Assembly: GCF_000150275.1 (NCBI RefSeq)
Contig: NW_002060949.1
Span: 3,788,449-3,852,448 of the forward strand
DNA length: 64,000 nt
Direction: 5' to 3'
Source: Trichoplax adhaerens
Taxonomy: Eukaryota; Animalia; Placozoa
Part shown: one piece after another, positions 43,309 to 55,958 of the stretch
How positions within the stretch are numbered: the stretch's first letter is position 1
Layout of the letters: each line of letters opens with the position of its first letter
Made by a program: the position numbers and the translations under genes
The notes under the pieces: model-generated
Seen by the model: only the letters and a program-made list of their open reading frames with translations
The model's database searches: none
What the model was told of the DNA's origin: nothing

Positions 43309-45607
43309 GACCCTATAGTATTTCGCTTTCATTATAAAACACTAATAATACGCAATGATCACAATTTTCAACAAAAGTTGCTTAGATAACTTGGATAGCA
43401 AATCTTACATCTTGTAAAATTACTTTATGACACCAGACATACAGAATTGAGTCGGGTGAATGAATCTATTGCTAAATACACTGGATGATATGCAGTGCTA
43501 TGATTTATTTACAAGTTCTTCGATGGTATTTAAGTCAAGCGCTTTATACGTATGGTTTTAAGCCTAAAATTAACAAGCTTTCATGAATGTTTGGAATAGC
43601 ATTACAGTTCGTAACGATTTGTTTTAATATCCAATTCATAGTGTAGTGACTCTATTAACAATCATCAATGTTTTAAATATTGTTAGAGTACCTTATAAGT
43701 TCTACGAAATGGTCACATCAGATATTTATGTACTTGTGTCTAAAAATGCCTATTGGAGTAACTAAGTTCGTAGCTGAGTCTGATTAATCCGCTGTAGATA
43801 TTGGCGTAGCGGCCAGTGGATTACCACAAGAATATGCATTTAATACTGCTTCACCCTCAATTTAGCGAAATTACGTATTCTATTCATTGTTATTCATCCA
43901 GGTTTTGGATCAATCATAATGTACTTAATGGATTAATTGATACAGGTATCTAGATCATAACGGTTTTAAACCGAACCGAACCTTTCTCAGGTCTAGATAC
44001 AGCTAGGGCACATAGCTGTCATAATATTTAGTTCAAAGAATCTTTTATTACACTTACTGCAATAGAACAGTAAATAGTTCTAAAAATGGAGTTAATTTAT
44101 ATATTTTGGCTTAGTCACGATCTGCTATCTTTAATATCATCTTTAATTGAATATTTAAGTAGAAACAATCAGTGATAATTTGTTATGTATATAATTATAC
44201 AGTATTGCATATCATAGCATGCAGCGGATTCATGATTATGGCTAAAGCAGAAAGCTATATATAGAGGCTTCATCTCTTTGATACTGCACATGTATACTTC
44301 AATAAGTCGCAATGGCGAATTACATACAATATAGAATTTGGAGAGCAACAGTTCCAGGCTGGACGAGTGTTTGATCCATTTAGCAAAGCCTTACGCACAA
44401 TGTTTTCATTATCCAATTGCAATTATCGAGTTAAAGAGATACTAGAGTGTTTATCTAAAAACGTTAGAGCTCTGTATGAAATTATGCATACCATATATTG
44501 CCTTACTAGTGTGATTTGCCGAGCAAATAAGTAACATTTGAAGTACAAGATAAGTTCTTGCAGTTGCATTGATAGCCCTATTCAATGTTAATTGAATAAA
44601 ATTACTTTATTACTGATCCTAAGCTATACGGTATATAAAAAATCGCTCAAGACTCATATCCATCGATCAACTTGTATTGATTTCCTTGTATAAATTGTTC
44701 TTATGGGGTCATTCACAACTATGCCAATTTCGTCATAACTAGGCTGACTAGTGGCCGCTGTCATACTAGTGCATGCAGTTATACAACTTATACGCCTTGA
44801 TCGCTTTGTCATCAGTTCAGACCTGGCTCGGCAATAACGTTGGAATCGTGATATTGACTGTACTGTGCTTTTACAGGTTCATCTGTCAGTTGTATTGAAA
44901 GTCTTTAATTTTCGGTTTGAGTGATTATGATAATACTCATTTATTGTGAGCCGGCTTGGATATCACTAGCAATAGTGTTTGCATCAAGTCGATTGCTGTA
45001 GGTTCTTATGATCGACTTGATCCTAGTGTTTTTACGTAGCAGCAACAGCAATTATAATACCGCCAGCTCTAGAGCATCTTAGAAGTTGCTGGTCTTACCT
45101 TGCCTAGACTGCTGTACAGTACAGTACAGTACAGTTAGATTTAGCATCTTTCTAAAGTTAATACTGTAAACAAAAATTGAGAGAGTGATCGCCAAGTTCA
45201 TTAACGAACCTGAGAAACGTTCAGATGCGGAAATTTCAGCCTTCTTAGACTTTAACTTTAAGACATGGTGACTAAAAGTTAGTTGGTTAATGAAAATGGA
45301 GGAATGTATGGGCAGGGATTACTTAATAACTTTCGAGCAGCCCCTGTTTTAAAGGGGGGAGGGACCTAAGTAGGCACCGCGTAGATCATGGGGATCTCCG
45401 AATGCGTCATTAACTAACTCTTCGATGTCCACGTGACCATCAAACAAGGCATACAGTACAGTACAGTACAGTACAGTACTGTACCGAGTATAAACGCTTA
45501 AAATACTGTAGGAAAAGCATCCACTTCCCGCATCCAGTGCGCAACTTGGAAGACATTGAACGAAAGATATTTCTTCTCTGTATTTTCTCATACGCGATTG
45601 AACAAAA

Positions 45608-47198
45608 ATGGCAGATCAAAGCGCTTCACTGAATCAGCTATTCCGCCAACGTATTGCTGGCTATATGAAAGCCATTCTTATCTTTAATAGTTGTAAATTA
45701 GCTGCATCTATTGGAGCTCTGGTCTCTGCAGTTTTTATCAGACTAAACCTCCCCGGGATTCTAGCATACTATTACGTGTTGCCTTTGGTCGGTGCTTCGG
45801 TGGTAAGTGTTAGCCGTCGTTAGGATGCGTATTGTGGTAGTTGACCGTTAGTACATTACTACAATAGCCTAATATTGGTAGTGCCATAGTACTGTACAAT
45901 AATAACAGATCTACGAACTGCATTCAACTTCAGTTACGAAACTCTTTGGCAAAAGTACAGCACAGTGTATTTCACGTGAAATGGAATTGTCCCTTTGTCC
46001 TTGGGTTCTATTACAGTAGAGTACATCATTCACATTTATATGTTACGTTATTAATTACTTACTTTAATGTGGCTTTATGAAACGTATCAAACAATCAATA
46101 GGAATGATCGCAAAGGGCTCTTTGCTCGGGTTGCACACAGTATGATACAACACTACATCGGGGACTCTTTGCAATCCTTGTGAAATAAATATTTTATTGG
46201 TCTGTGCGTGCTTGAAATTCCTTTAATACGGACACAATGCTGGTCTAAATTCCGTGATAGAACGGTTCCCTTTGATGTTTGACTTTTATTAATGAGTCCT
46301 GTCGCTGTCTTTCTTTTTAGTAGTTTTTGATATGGATTCAACTGTAACATGATTCTGCTAGTAGTAAATGAAGTAACAGACCAAATTCCATACAAAATAC
46401 TGGTACATTATTAGGATGTGGCAGCCTACTTTGCTGCCTCCAAATATTTCAAGCAAATTGCCGCTACCAGGGACTACTCGACTAAAAATTCTCCCCTCAA
46501 AGCCGTAACTAAAAATATTTCCCCTATTCCAAAAATACATTACAGTACAGTTGTTGTATATGTCATATATATACTGTACATTACCATCAGAATAGATGTG
46601 AGCTCATCAAGCAGAGGAAGCACAAATGACATTTTAGTAACAAAGCAGTTTCTGCACTCTTGGACAGTACAGTACAGCATTTCATGGCATATTTATTTAA
46701 TTATAATATAATGATTTACTGTTAATTACCCAAGTTGTCATTACAATACTGTATATGTACTGTACTAGTTCCGTAGATAACAACAAATCTCACAGCTTCC
46801 TTTATGCGGTAATTACATCTATAACGACGTTTTGTCTACATAATAAAGGGGATTTACCCAACTGCTGTTATCGTACAGTTAGCAATTGTACTGTACACTG
46901 TACAGTCGATCTTACCATTTTGAAATTCAGTCTTTCGTACACCTCGCTGAAACTGCTCTGCCGATGCATTATATCCACTTACTGTACAGTATAGCCCTCT
47001 TCATTAAATGGCAATATTTTAAAAAATTTTTCTCGCAGAGTTGTTACTATCTATTTATCTGTAAGCTATACCATTGGCTGTACGTACTTGACAATATCTA
47101 GTATTGATGCAACGTGCAGTTATTACAATTCTCTAATATTCATCAACTTTTTTCGTCGATTGGTAATTTTTAGACATTCATCGCTTCAGCCGCTGTGT
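45608..47198 (+). CDS. G7': copy of G7 (exon 1 and start of exon 2), truncated by assembly gap
   Basis: Exon1 45608-45802 (195 nt, MADQSASLNQ...FIRLNLPGILAYYYVLPLVGASV, GTAAGT). Exon2 starts 47174 and runs into Ns at 47199. Confidence 0.78.
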
Positions 47199-47442
47199 NN
47201 NNNNNNNNNNNNNNNNNNNNNNNNNNNNNNNNNNNNNNNNNNNNNNNNGCGTCATTAACTAACTCTTCGATGTCCACGTGACCATCAAACAAGGCATACA
47301 GTACAGTACTGTACTGTACCGAGTATAAACGCTTAAAATACTGTAGGAAAAGCATCCACTTCCCGCATCCAGTGCGCAACTTGGAAGACATTGAACGAAA
47401 GATATTTCTTCTCTGTATTTTCTCATACGCGATTGAACAAAA

Positions 47443-49395
47443 ATGGCAGATCAAAGCGCTTCACTGAATCAGCTATTCCGCCAACGTATTGCTGGCTATA
47501 TGAAAGCCATTCTTATCTTTAATAGTTGTAAATTAGCTGCATCTATTGGAGCTCTGGTCTCTGCAGTTTTTATCAGACAAAACTTCCCCATTCTTCCAGC
47601 ATTCTATTACGTATTGCCTTTGGTCGGTGCTTCGGTGGTAAGTGTTGACAATAGCGTAATATTGGTAGTGCCATAGTACTGTACAATAACAGATCTACTA
47701 ACTAAATTCAACTTAAGTCACGAAACTCTTTGGCAAAAGTACAGCACAGTACGAGTATGCACACGGCTTGCTTTTTTTCTGAATTCCACTTCACGTGAAA
47801 TGGAATTGTCCCTTTGTCCTTGGGTTCTATTAACAGTAGAGTACATCATTCGCATTTATATGTTACGTTATTAATTACTTACTTTATTGTGGCTTTATGA
47901 AACGTATCAAACTATCAATAGGAATGATCGCAAAGGGCTCTTTGCTCGGCTTTCACACAGTATGGTACAACACTACATCGGGAACTCTTTGCAATCCTTG
48001 TGAAATATTTTATATTGGTCTGTGCGTGCTTGAAATTCCTTTAATACGGACACAATGCTGGTCTAAATTCCGTGATAGAACGGTTCCCTTTGATGTTTGA
48101 CTTTTATTAATGAGTTTAAGCACTCTCTGAATAAACCCAAAATGGACATTGTTAATTATTTTTTTATAATATTCATATAGACACTAAACCGTTTCCTGTC
48201 CCTGTCTTTCTTTTTAGTAGTTTTTGATATGGATTCAACAGTAACATGATTCTGCTAGTAGTAAATGAAGTAACAGACCAAATTCCATACAAAATACTGG
48301 TCCATCATTAGGATGTGGCAGCCTACTTTGCTGCCTCCAAATATTTCAAGCAAATTGCCACTACTAGGGACTACTCGACTAAAAATTCTCCCCTCAAAGC
48401 CGTAACTAAAAACATTTCCCCTATTCCAAAAATACATTTTACAGTACAGTTGTTGTACTGTACTGTATATGTCATATATTTACAGTACATTACCATCAGA
48501 ATAGATGTGAGCTCATCAAGCAGAGGAATGTTATCGTACAGTTAACAATTGTACTGTACTGTACTGTACACCAGTCGATCTTACCATTTTGAAATTCAGT
48601 CTTTCGTACACCTCGCTGAAACTGCCCTGCCGATGCATTATAGCCACTTACTGTATAGCCCTCTTCATTAAATGGCAATATTTTAAAAAATTTTTCTCGC
48701 AGAGTTGTTACTATCTATTTATCTGTAAGCTATACCATTGGCTGTACGTACTTGACAATATCTAGTATTGATGCAACGTGCAGTTATTACAATTCTCTAA
48801 TATTCATCAACTTTTTTCGTCGATTGGTAATTTTTAGACATTCATCGCTTCAGCCGCTGTTGTTTATATGTTCATTTCGGACGAAAGAAAAGAGCATTTC
48901 ATAAGTAATGTAAGTATGTCAATATATTATGAACTAGCTATTACAACGTTTACATCTAACCGTAAATTGATGTATTTTGCAAATCTGATAGGTAATCCTA
49001 TACCGCATAGGAATTATTGTATGCCAGATACCGTTGGCTGTCGGATTTGGTTTAAACATCTATTTAGTTTCTATTTCTTCTTATGCCTATATACCGTCTA
49101 TTGTGTACCTTGTCTTTTCTGGCCTCATCATATTCTTCCTTGGAATTGGAAGTTCGGTATGCATGCGAAGAGTTTACGCTATCAAATGGGTAAGTCGTTT
49201 TTGATGCGATTGTAGATCAAAACTGTCTTACAGAATTTTAATGGAATTGCGACCATTTTTATGCACATATTTAATATTGTAATCATAATCCCTCCATAGC
49301 TCATGCTGATTAACTCGGCCAGGAATACTGTTCCTGCATCTGCCAATCAATACCCGCCAGGATATGGGTTTAGTACTCCTTCGCCTTCGGTTTAA
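47443..49395 (+). CDS. G7: intact 186-aa tetraspan protein with PPGY tail
   Basis: Exons 47443-47637, 48838-48909 (72 nt, TFIASAAVVYMFISDERKEHFISN), 48992-49189 (198 nt, VILYRIGIIVCQIPLAVGFG...VYAIKW), 49300-49395 (LMLINSARNTVPASANQYPPGYGFSTPSPSV*). All GT-AG, phase 0. Confidence 0.9.
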
Positions 49396-50640
49396 CGTAA
49401 TTTATCTTTTGTATCTACTCATTCATTGCTTGTTGATGCTAAGTTTTAAATCATTTTTATGCTGACAAATTAATCATCAGTGTATAAATGTCCAAAGTTT
49501 ACTAATATGATTTGTTAACGTAGAAAGGACATTTTTTAACTGTCATCACATATAATTTGAAGAACCATATATAGTACTATATTTTTTAGCCGTAGCACGT
49601 TGAAACACCGTAGAAAGATCTTCAATCTTATGGATTTTGCCTAGCGATGTAAAGGCATTTAATAGTTTTTTACCGTATTCATTTTACTCGTAGTTAATAT
49701 AATACGATCCGTCGATTAGTTACTGCATGCTAAAGAAAAGCCATATGCGTATATCGACTCTTTACTTTTGGTCTTGATATTATTCTCCTATATTACAATA
49801 AAAATCGAAATGTTCAATATTCATAACAGTGTCAACAGCAGCGTTATAAAATATAAAATATATTGCATTATGTGCAATATATTGATACATTGTATTACTT
49901 CCGGACTTGGGAGCATTGAGTCTACTAGTCCTCGCAATTGACATAGGAAGCAGTCGAACCCTTGCTCGTGATACTTGGTATCTACTGTATATACTTGTAT
50001 TGTATTTTTTACTTTACAGTACATATTACTGTCACTACTGCACCATGACAGATTAGTTGTGTAGCCTTAAAGATGAAGTTGCAATCATAATTGTACAAGT
50101 CTTAGTTTGAAGTAATTTAATAGGCATCTATTATTAATTCATTAATTAATCTACAGTATACTTACTGTATATACAGTACAGTACATCAAGTAGAAGCCGA
50201 TTTTTTTGGTAATACCATCACGGCCAAACGGAGTAGGCGTATACTAGAAATATCATGTTCCAGCGCTTGACGTTGCTCAAATTTGTTGTAATTCAATATA
50301 CAATATACTATATTACATGTAAAAATTTCTATGTGAAGTTAGTAGACATTGCACGTTACTTTACAATTTGGGCGATAATGCTTGGCTACGCGGGTTATGT
50401 TTACAGTATTGTCACGGTACGCCGTTACCAAATGAGTAAGTAACTGTTAATGAATGTATAATCAAATAAGGCTATACAGTATGTCGTATGTGATAGCTTG
50501 TAGCTACCTAAGGATGAGAATATCTACTGCATGTACTGTACTGTACATATTTAGTAATGTATGATAGTGATAACGGTAACTTAAATTCTCACTGCTTAAC
50601 ACTGGAATTCATTGTAGAAATCTATTTAAGCGCGTGTGTA

Positions 50641-52000
50641 CTAGTGCAAACTCCCGTCGCTTTACTGACGGTTTACGATAATGTGCTCATTTAACAGAGG
50701 TTCAGTAACTATCAGATCGCTGACTAACGAACATTATCCTCTTAGAAATACTTTTTGTAATATGATATATAGCAATCAAAAATAACCGGGACAGGGGAAC
50801 TATAGTAGGGTAACACTACGAATTGCAAGAGAGCAATAGAACTAAGAGTACCTACTGATGTGTATCAATCACTTTTCAAATTTCGTTAAGTAACTTTCGT
50901 ATTAGTATGTTTACCGAATAAGGATGGTTACTATATACAGTATAGAAATCAAAAGTAATTGGGACAGGGGAACTACAGTAGGATAACACTACGAATTGCA
51001 AGAGAGCAATAGAACTAATAGTACCTACTGATGTGTATCAATCACTTCTACCTTCTCAATAATATTTACATAAATCCTACAGATCATTCATTTCTATACC
51101 AATTCAAATTTCGTTAAGTAACTATCATATTAGTAATCGGGACAGGGGAACTACAGTAGGATAACACTACGAATTGTAAGAGAGCAATAGAACTAATAGT
51201 ACCTACTGATGTGTATCAATCACTTCTACCTTCTCAATAATATTCACATAAACCCTACAGATCATTCATTTCTATACCAATTCAAATTTCGTTAAGTAAC
51301 TTTCGTATTAGTATGTTTACTGAATAAGGATGGTTACTATATACGGTATTAATGCTATGTTAAGGTTGGTGAGCGAAACTTTCAAATATACGTTTATGGT
51401 CAATTTCTTAATAAAATTAACAGATAGTATTATCATTCGATATTATATATATCCTAGTAACAGTAATTAAGATTAGTTAATGGTCCAGAGCACATTATGA
51501 TAACTAATGTACGGTGATGGACATACCAAGTTAAGATTAGCAGGTACTGTAAGATATCTACAGTGCGGTAGAATGTCCTTCGTACTGTACTGTGGTCAAT
51601 TCTATACCAATCATTATAATGTGTCTAAGGATCGCTGTCGTATGCAAGCAAAGCTTGCTCTGTCGATAACAACCGTTATAAGAAAATGTAACAATCAAAA
51701 TGGCTGTATAGAAAACTCTATAAAGATTCTATGTTTATTCAATTTTCATCAGAATATTACATGAAATCAAAATTTAAAGGCCCAGTGGCCACCCTTAGCG
51801 ATATAACGAATACTATTTTAATAATCAGTACTCTGCAGAAATTACTACCTTAGAGCTATTCGTTTTACATGAAGAAATCTTTAGGTTAAAAGTACTGTAA
51901 GAATCTTATACTGACCTATTGAAATGAACCCATAATCAGAGTCATTTAACAGTAGTATAAATACCCCCGCGCTGCTCATTTCAAGGGAGGGTGGCTGGGA
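50641..52000 (-). mobile_element. Non-autonomous Helitron, copy 2 (1360 bp)
   Basis: Near-identical to 41276-42644 with the same A|TC and hairpin-CTAG|T ends, but unrelated flanking DNA. Confidence 0.82.
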
Positions 52001-52437
52001 TCAGTAGTTGGTCAAAAATGATGCAAGACTCGTATCGTAAAGAATAATGTAATATATTCAGTTATTTGTGGAGTTCAGCCGAGAAATCGAGTTGTCGTAT
52101 ATCACTAACATAGAAACTGGAGATACTGGGAGAAGTAAGCCGAGTCATTATCGTTGCACGAGAGATTGTTTACTTCGTTCAAGTACGTTTCCTTTGTCAC
52201 CAAGAGAGGGTTGCGACAAGTACAGTACTGTACTGTATATCTGTTACGGGCAATGTATGAAATTATTTAATACAAATGCCATACAGCTATTTTTATGCTA
52301 AATAATCCAATAGACGTTTTGTGGAGAAATGCCCGGTTGACCGTGGCTGGTTATTAGTTAGTGATTGATAAAAGCGTCGGAGGTCGTAAATGTTACGACA
52401 GGTGTTTTTACGTCCACTACCGTATTATGAAGTGTCG

Positions 52438-52577
52438 TACTGTACTGTACACTGTGTACTGTACACTGTGTACTGTACTGATCGACCAACTGCAGTACTG
52501 TACTGTACAATCATCGACTGCAAGCCCCTTGGTACTGTGGTATTGTACTCTACGACGTACAGTACAGTGTACTGTAC
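52438..52577. repeat. (CTGTA)/(TACAG)-type microsatellite region
   Basis: TACTGTACTGTACACTGTGTACTGTAC... runs. Confidence 0.85.
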
Positions 52578-52710
52578 GTGTTGCAGTTTTCCAAGTCTTA
52601 TCACATGACTAAACACTAACGACTGTCTGGCATGTTGACTCATCACTTTTTGTGAGTGTTATTTCATAGATCCCGCACTCGCAATGACTAGCCAGGAGTT
52701 GTTGGTGAGC

Positions 52711-53410
52711 AATAACAACTCCAACGCCTTGTAGAACTGTAGTGCAGCTTGTGTAAGCATACTTTGAGCTCTGAGGTTAAAACTGAAAAATAACTCCAAC
52801 ACCTTGTAGAACTGTAGTGTAACTTGTGTAAGCATACTTTGAGCTCTGTGGTTAAAACTTCAGAATAACTCCCAACACTTTGTAGAACTGTACCGTAACT
52901 TGTGTAAGCATACAGTTTGAGCTCTGAGGTTAAAACTGAAAAATAACTCCAACACCTTGTATGTAGAACTATAGTGTAACTTGTGTAAGCATACTTTGAG
53001 CGCTGTGGTTAAAACTTCAGAATAACTCCCAACACCTTGTAGAACCGTACCGTAACTTGTGTAAGCATACTTTGAGCGCTGTGGTTCAAACTTAAGAACA
53101 ACTCCCAACACTTTGTAGAACTGTATCGTAACTTGTGTAAGCATACTTTGAGCTCTGTGGTTAAAACTTCAGAATAACTTCCAACACCTTGTAGAACTGT
53201 ACCGTAACTTGTATAAGCATACTTTGAGCTCTGTGGTTCAAACTTCAGAATAACTCCTAACACCTTGTAGAACTGTACCGTAACTTGTATAAGCATACTT
53301 TGAGCTCTGTAGTTAAAACTTCAAACTTCAGAATAACTCCTAATACCTTGTAGAACTGTACCGTAACTTGTGAAAGCATACTTTGAGCTCTGTGGTTCAA
53401 ACTTCAAACT
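52711..53410. repeat. Minisatellite, 9 units of ~76 bp
   Basis: GCATAC anchor (mostly GCATACTTTGAG) at 52757, 52832, 52908, 52989, 53065, 53141, 53217, 53293, 53376. Confidence 0.95.
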
Positions 53411-54085
53411 CATACAAAACAAGTAAAACGCAATAGCCCGCAAGACACCCAAATACTTGGGCTACATTGCGCTCGACTGGTACGGTTCTGCAGTACAGTA
53501 CTGTATTTTTACTGTTCTTGAGTGCCTCTTGCACTGTCCTATACCCTTTTCTTTCATACTTTACTGTACACTATACAGTACAACGGACACCATACTCATT
53601 CTTAGTAGGCTTATATAAAGTATTGTACGAATATTTATTTATAATACAGTACTGTCTATCAAGTGGAAGGGTGTCACCAAGTGCCACCGTGAAGGTTAGA
53701 ATTAATTCTACTGTAATTGAAAAAATTTCAATCCAATCGGTGTCCACTTTCGAAAGAGATCATCAAGACTACAGTAACAAGTGGCCTGTGCGACTTGCTT
53801 GAAAATTACAAGAAAAACCAACTCTTGGTCATATTTGAAATCGAATTTTATACAATAATTGCCAATTATGTTTGGATTGACGTGATGGAAACATTTAGCC
53901 TGTGCTTAATTGTATTTCATGTATGGCTAATTTCAGATGTTGACGATAGGCAATTATAGAATTAATCGTAACAGTCAAACACTTTTGAAACATCGACATA
54001 CATCCAAATAACTATAATCCATATTACTACTACGGAGCACTGATTGTCAACCGCTATATACAGTCTTAATCTGCAAAATTACAGC

Positions 54086-55958
54086 ATGTCGACGAATAAT
54101 GCTCTGAATCGGAGGCAAGAAGAACTTATCCGCCTTGACCTGCGAAGGATTCACGTCGTCTGTTGGGTCACTGTTGTATGTAACATTGGATCTTTAGCTT
54201 GTTGTTTAATCTACAATATGAACGCTCAATATCCTCGCAACATAGGTATAATTTATGTGGCCATAACTTGTGTAAGTATTGCTTAAAAACCAACGATTAA
54301 TGATTGATAGCTAAATTTATCGGAAGTAAAGAAAGTCGCTTATTACGTACGATAAGTACACGTGTAGAACGAAGTTAAAGTGTGATAAGAAAAAGTGATT
54401 AAAATAGAGATGTCAGTATAGATACGCGTATACGAGGCAATAGACTACTATTTACCTACTGCACTACCGATAGAAAACTAATGGATTCTTCAGTTTCACT
54501 GGATTTGATCTAAAATTTCTTCCTTTAATTTAAAACGAATGATTAAAAATTTACTATATTTGTTAGTGCTTTAGTAGAGTATTCGACTTGTACCGTAGAG
54601 CGAAAGAAGTAAAACTGCTGATAAAGAAAGTACATATAGTCGTATACTGTACGTTGGTGATAGTAGGTGTTAGGCATTGAAGAAAAAATTTGATTAGTGT
54701 GCAATCCCTGATAGGTGTTGTCTGTTATTTTGTTATGTAAACGCTCTCGCTACTCGCTATAATGAGAAAGGGAGTTAGTTTCGATGACATTTTATGAATT
54801 GAAATCTTTGACGGGTACTGTAATTCGTACAGTATGATGAAAATTGAGTAGTCAATGAATGACAGTAATCAACTTTTCACCATGTTCGATAGTCAAGGTT
54901 TCACGAACCACCACATACTTTCAATCGGATCATTACACTTATAGACTTTAATGTAATCATTTAATTAGCTTTACAGCAGTTGTATACTTTAGCGAAGTTA
55001 AAGTTCTTTAGCCTTAACTGATGAGCAAATCAATAGTTGTAAGGCCTTGATGACAATACTTGCTGTACTGTATACAATTTATATACGTATAGGAAAGAAT
55101 TGACTGAGTCATAATGTTATGTTTTTCCATCTTTTTTATAGATATTTCTTCACACAGCAATGCTGATCGTTCTTTGCAACAAAGATGCCGGACCTTTAAT
55201 CATTTCTGCGAATGTAAATGACATCAATTGCTTTAGATATTATTATTTTTATCAAGCATTTTTCTCAGATCCTGTCATTTGCGAATGTACTGTATAATCG
55301 TTTGTTTGTGAGTACTTTTTGATAGCTCATATTTTCATTTTTGACATGCTAGATGAGACGAATATCCGGAATTTCGGGCATTAGTAATATTATGCCTGCT
55401 GTTGCTGTGGTAGCATGTGCAATTAACGTTTCTGGTAGTCGCGGGCCGATAACTACTGCTATGAGTGCCTGTATGATGGCGTTATTTGTTATGATTTTTA
55501 TTACTCAAAATTACTGTGTCAGTATCTTGAAGAAGAGTATTCCAGGCTTTCTGGTTAGTATAAACATGCCAATTGTCAAGATTTAAATACTAGATTCCTC
55601 ACAGTTATTATTATTGTTCTTGCTTGACTGCATTCTACTACTTTAGACTTTAAGAAGATTACGTGTACATGCTGGAGAACGCAGAAGCCGAAATAGGGCG
55701 ACAAACACAAATACTGTTCCTGAAGTTCCAGCTGTATTACCGAGTTATAACCAAGCTACCGGAGCACAGGATGTAACGGAATCTCAAGATCAAGCTACTG
55801 ATCTACCTTGCTACGAAGATGTTTATAACAATAATGACAGCACGAATGTGTCTCAGCCTATTCCACCCAGTTATGACGAGGTTATCGTTAACAATACTCC
55901 TATATCTGACGGTTCTACTAACGGAAATAATTCCACAGCGCGATCCAAAGTAAAATAA
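54086..55958 (+). CDS. G8: intact 256-aa tetraspan protein with three PY motifs (LPSY, LPCY, PPSY)
   Basis: Exons 54086-54271, 55142-55213 (72 nt, IFLHTAMLIVLCNKDAGPLIISAN), 55353-55553 (201 nt), 55647-55958 (TLRRLRV...VLPSYNQ...DLPCYEDV...IPPSYDEV...SKVK*). All GT-AG, phase 0. Confidence 0.9.

Noticed and set aside
52711-53410. Regular array and ORFs 52860-53144 / 53009-53296 as a CRISPR array or repeat protein
   Set aside because: Whole units repeat with no unique spacers, and the 76-bp period is not a multiple of 3, so the frames shift. It is a eukaryotic minisatellite.
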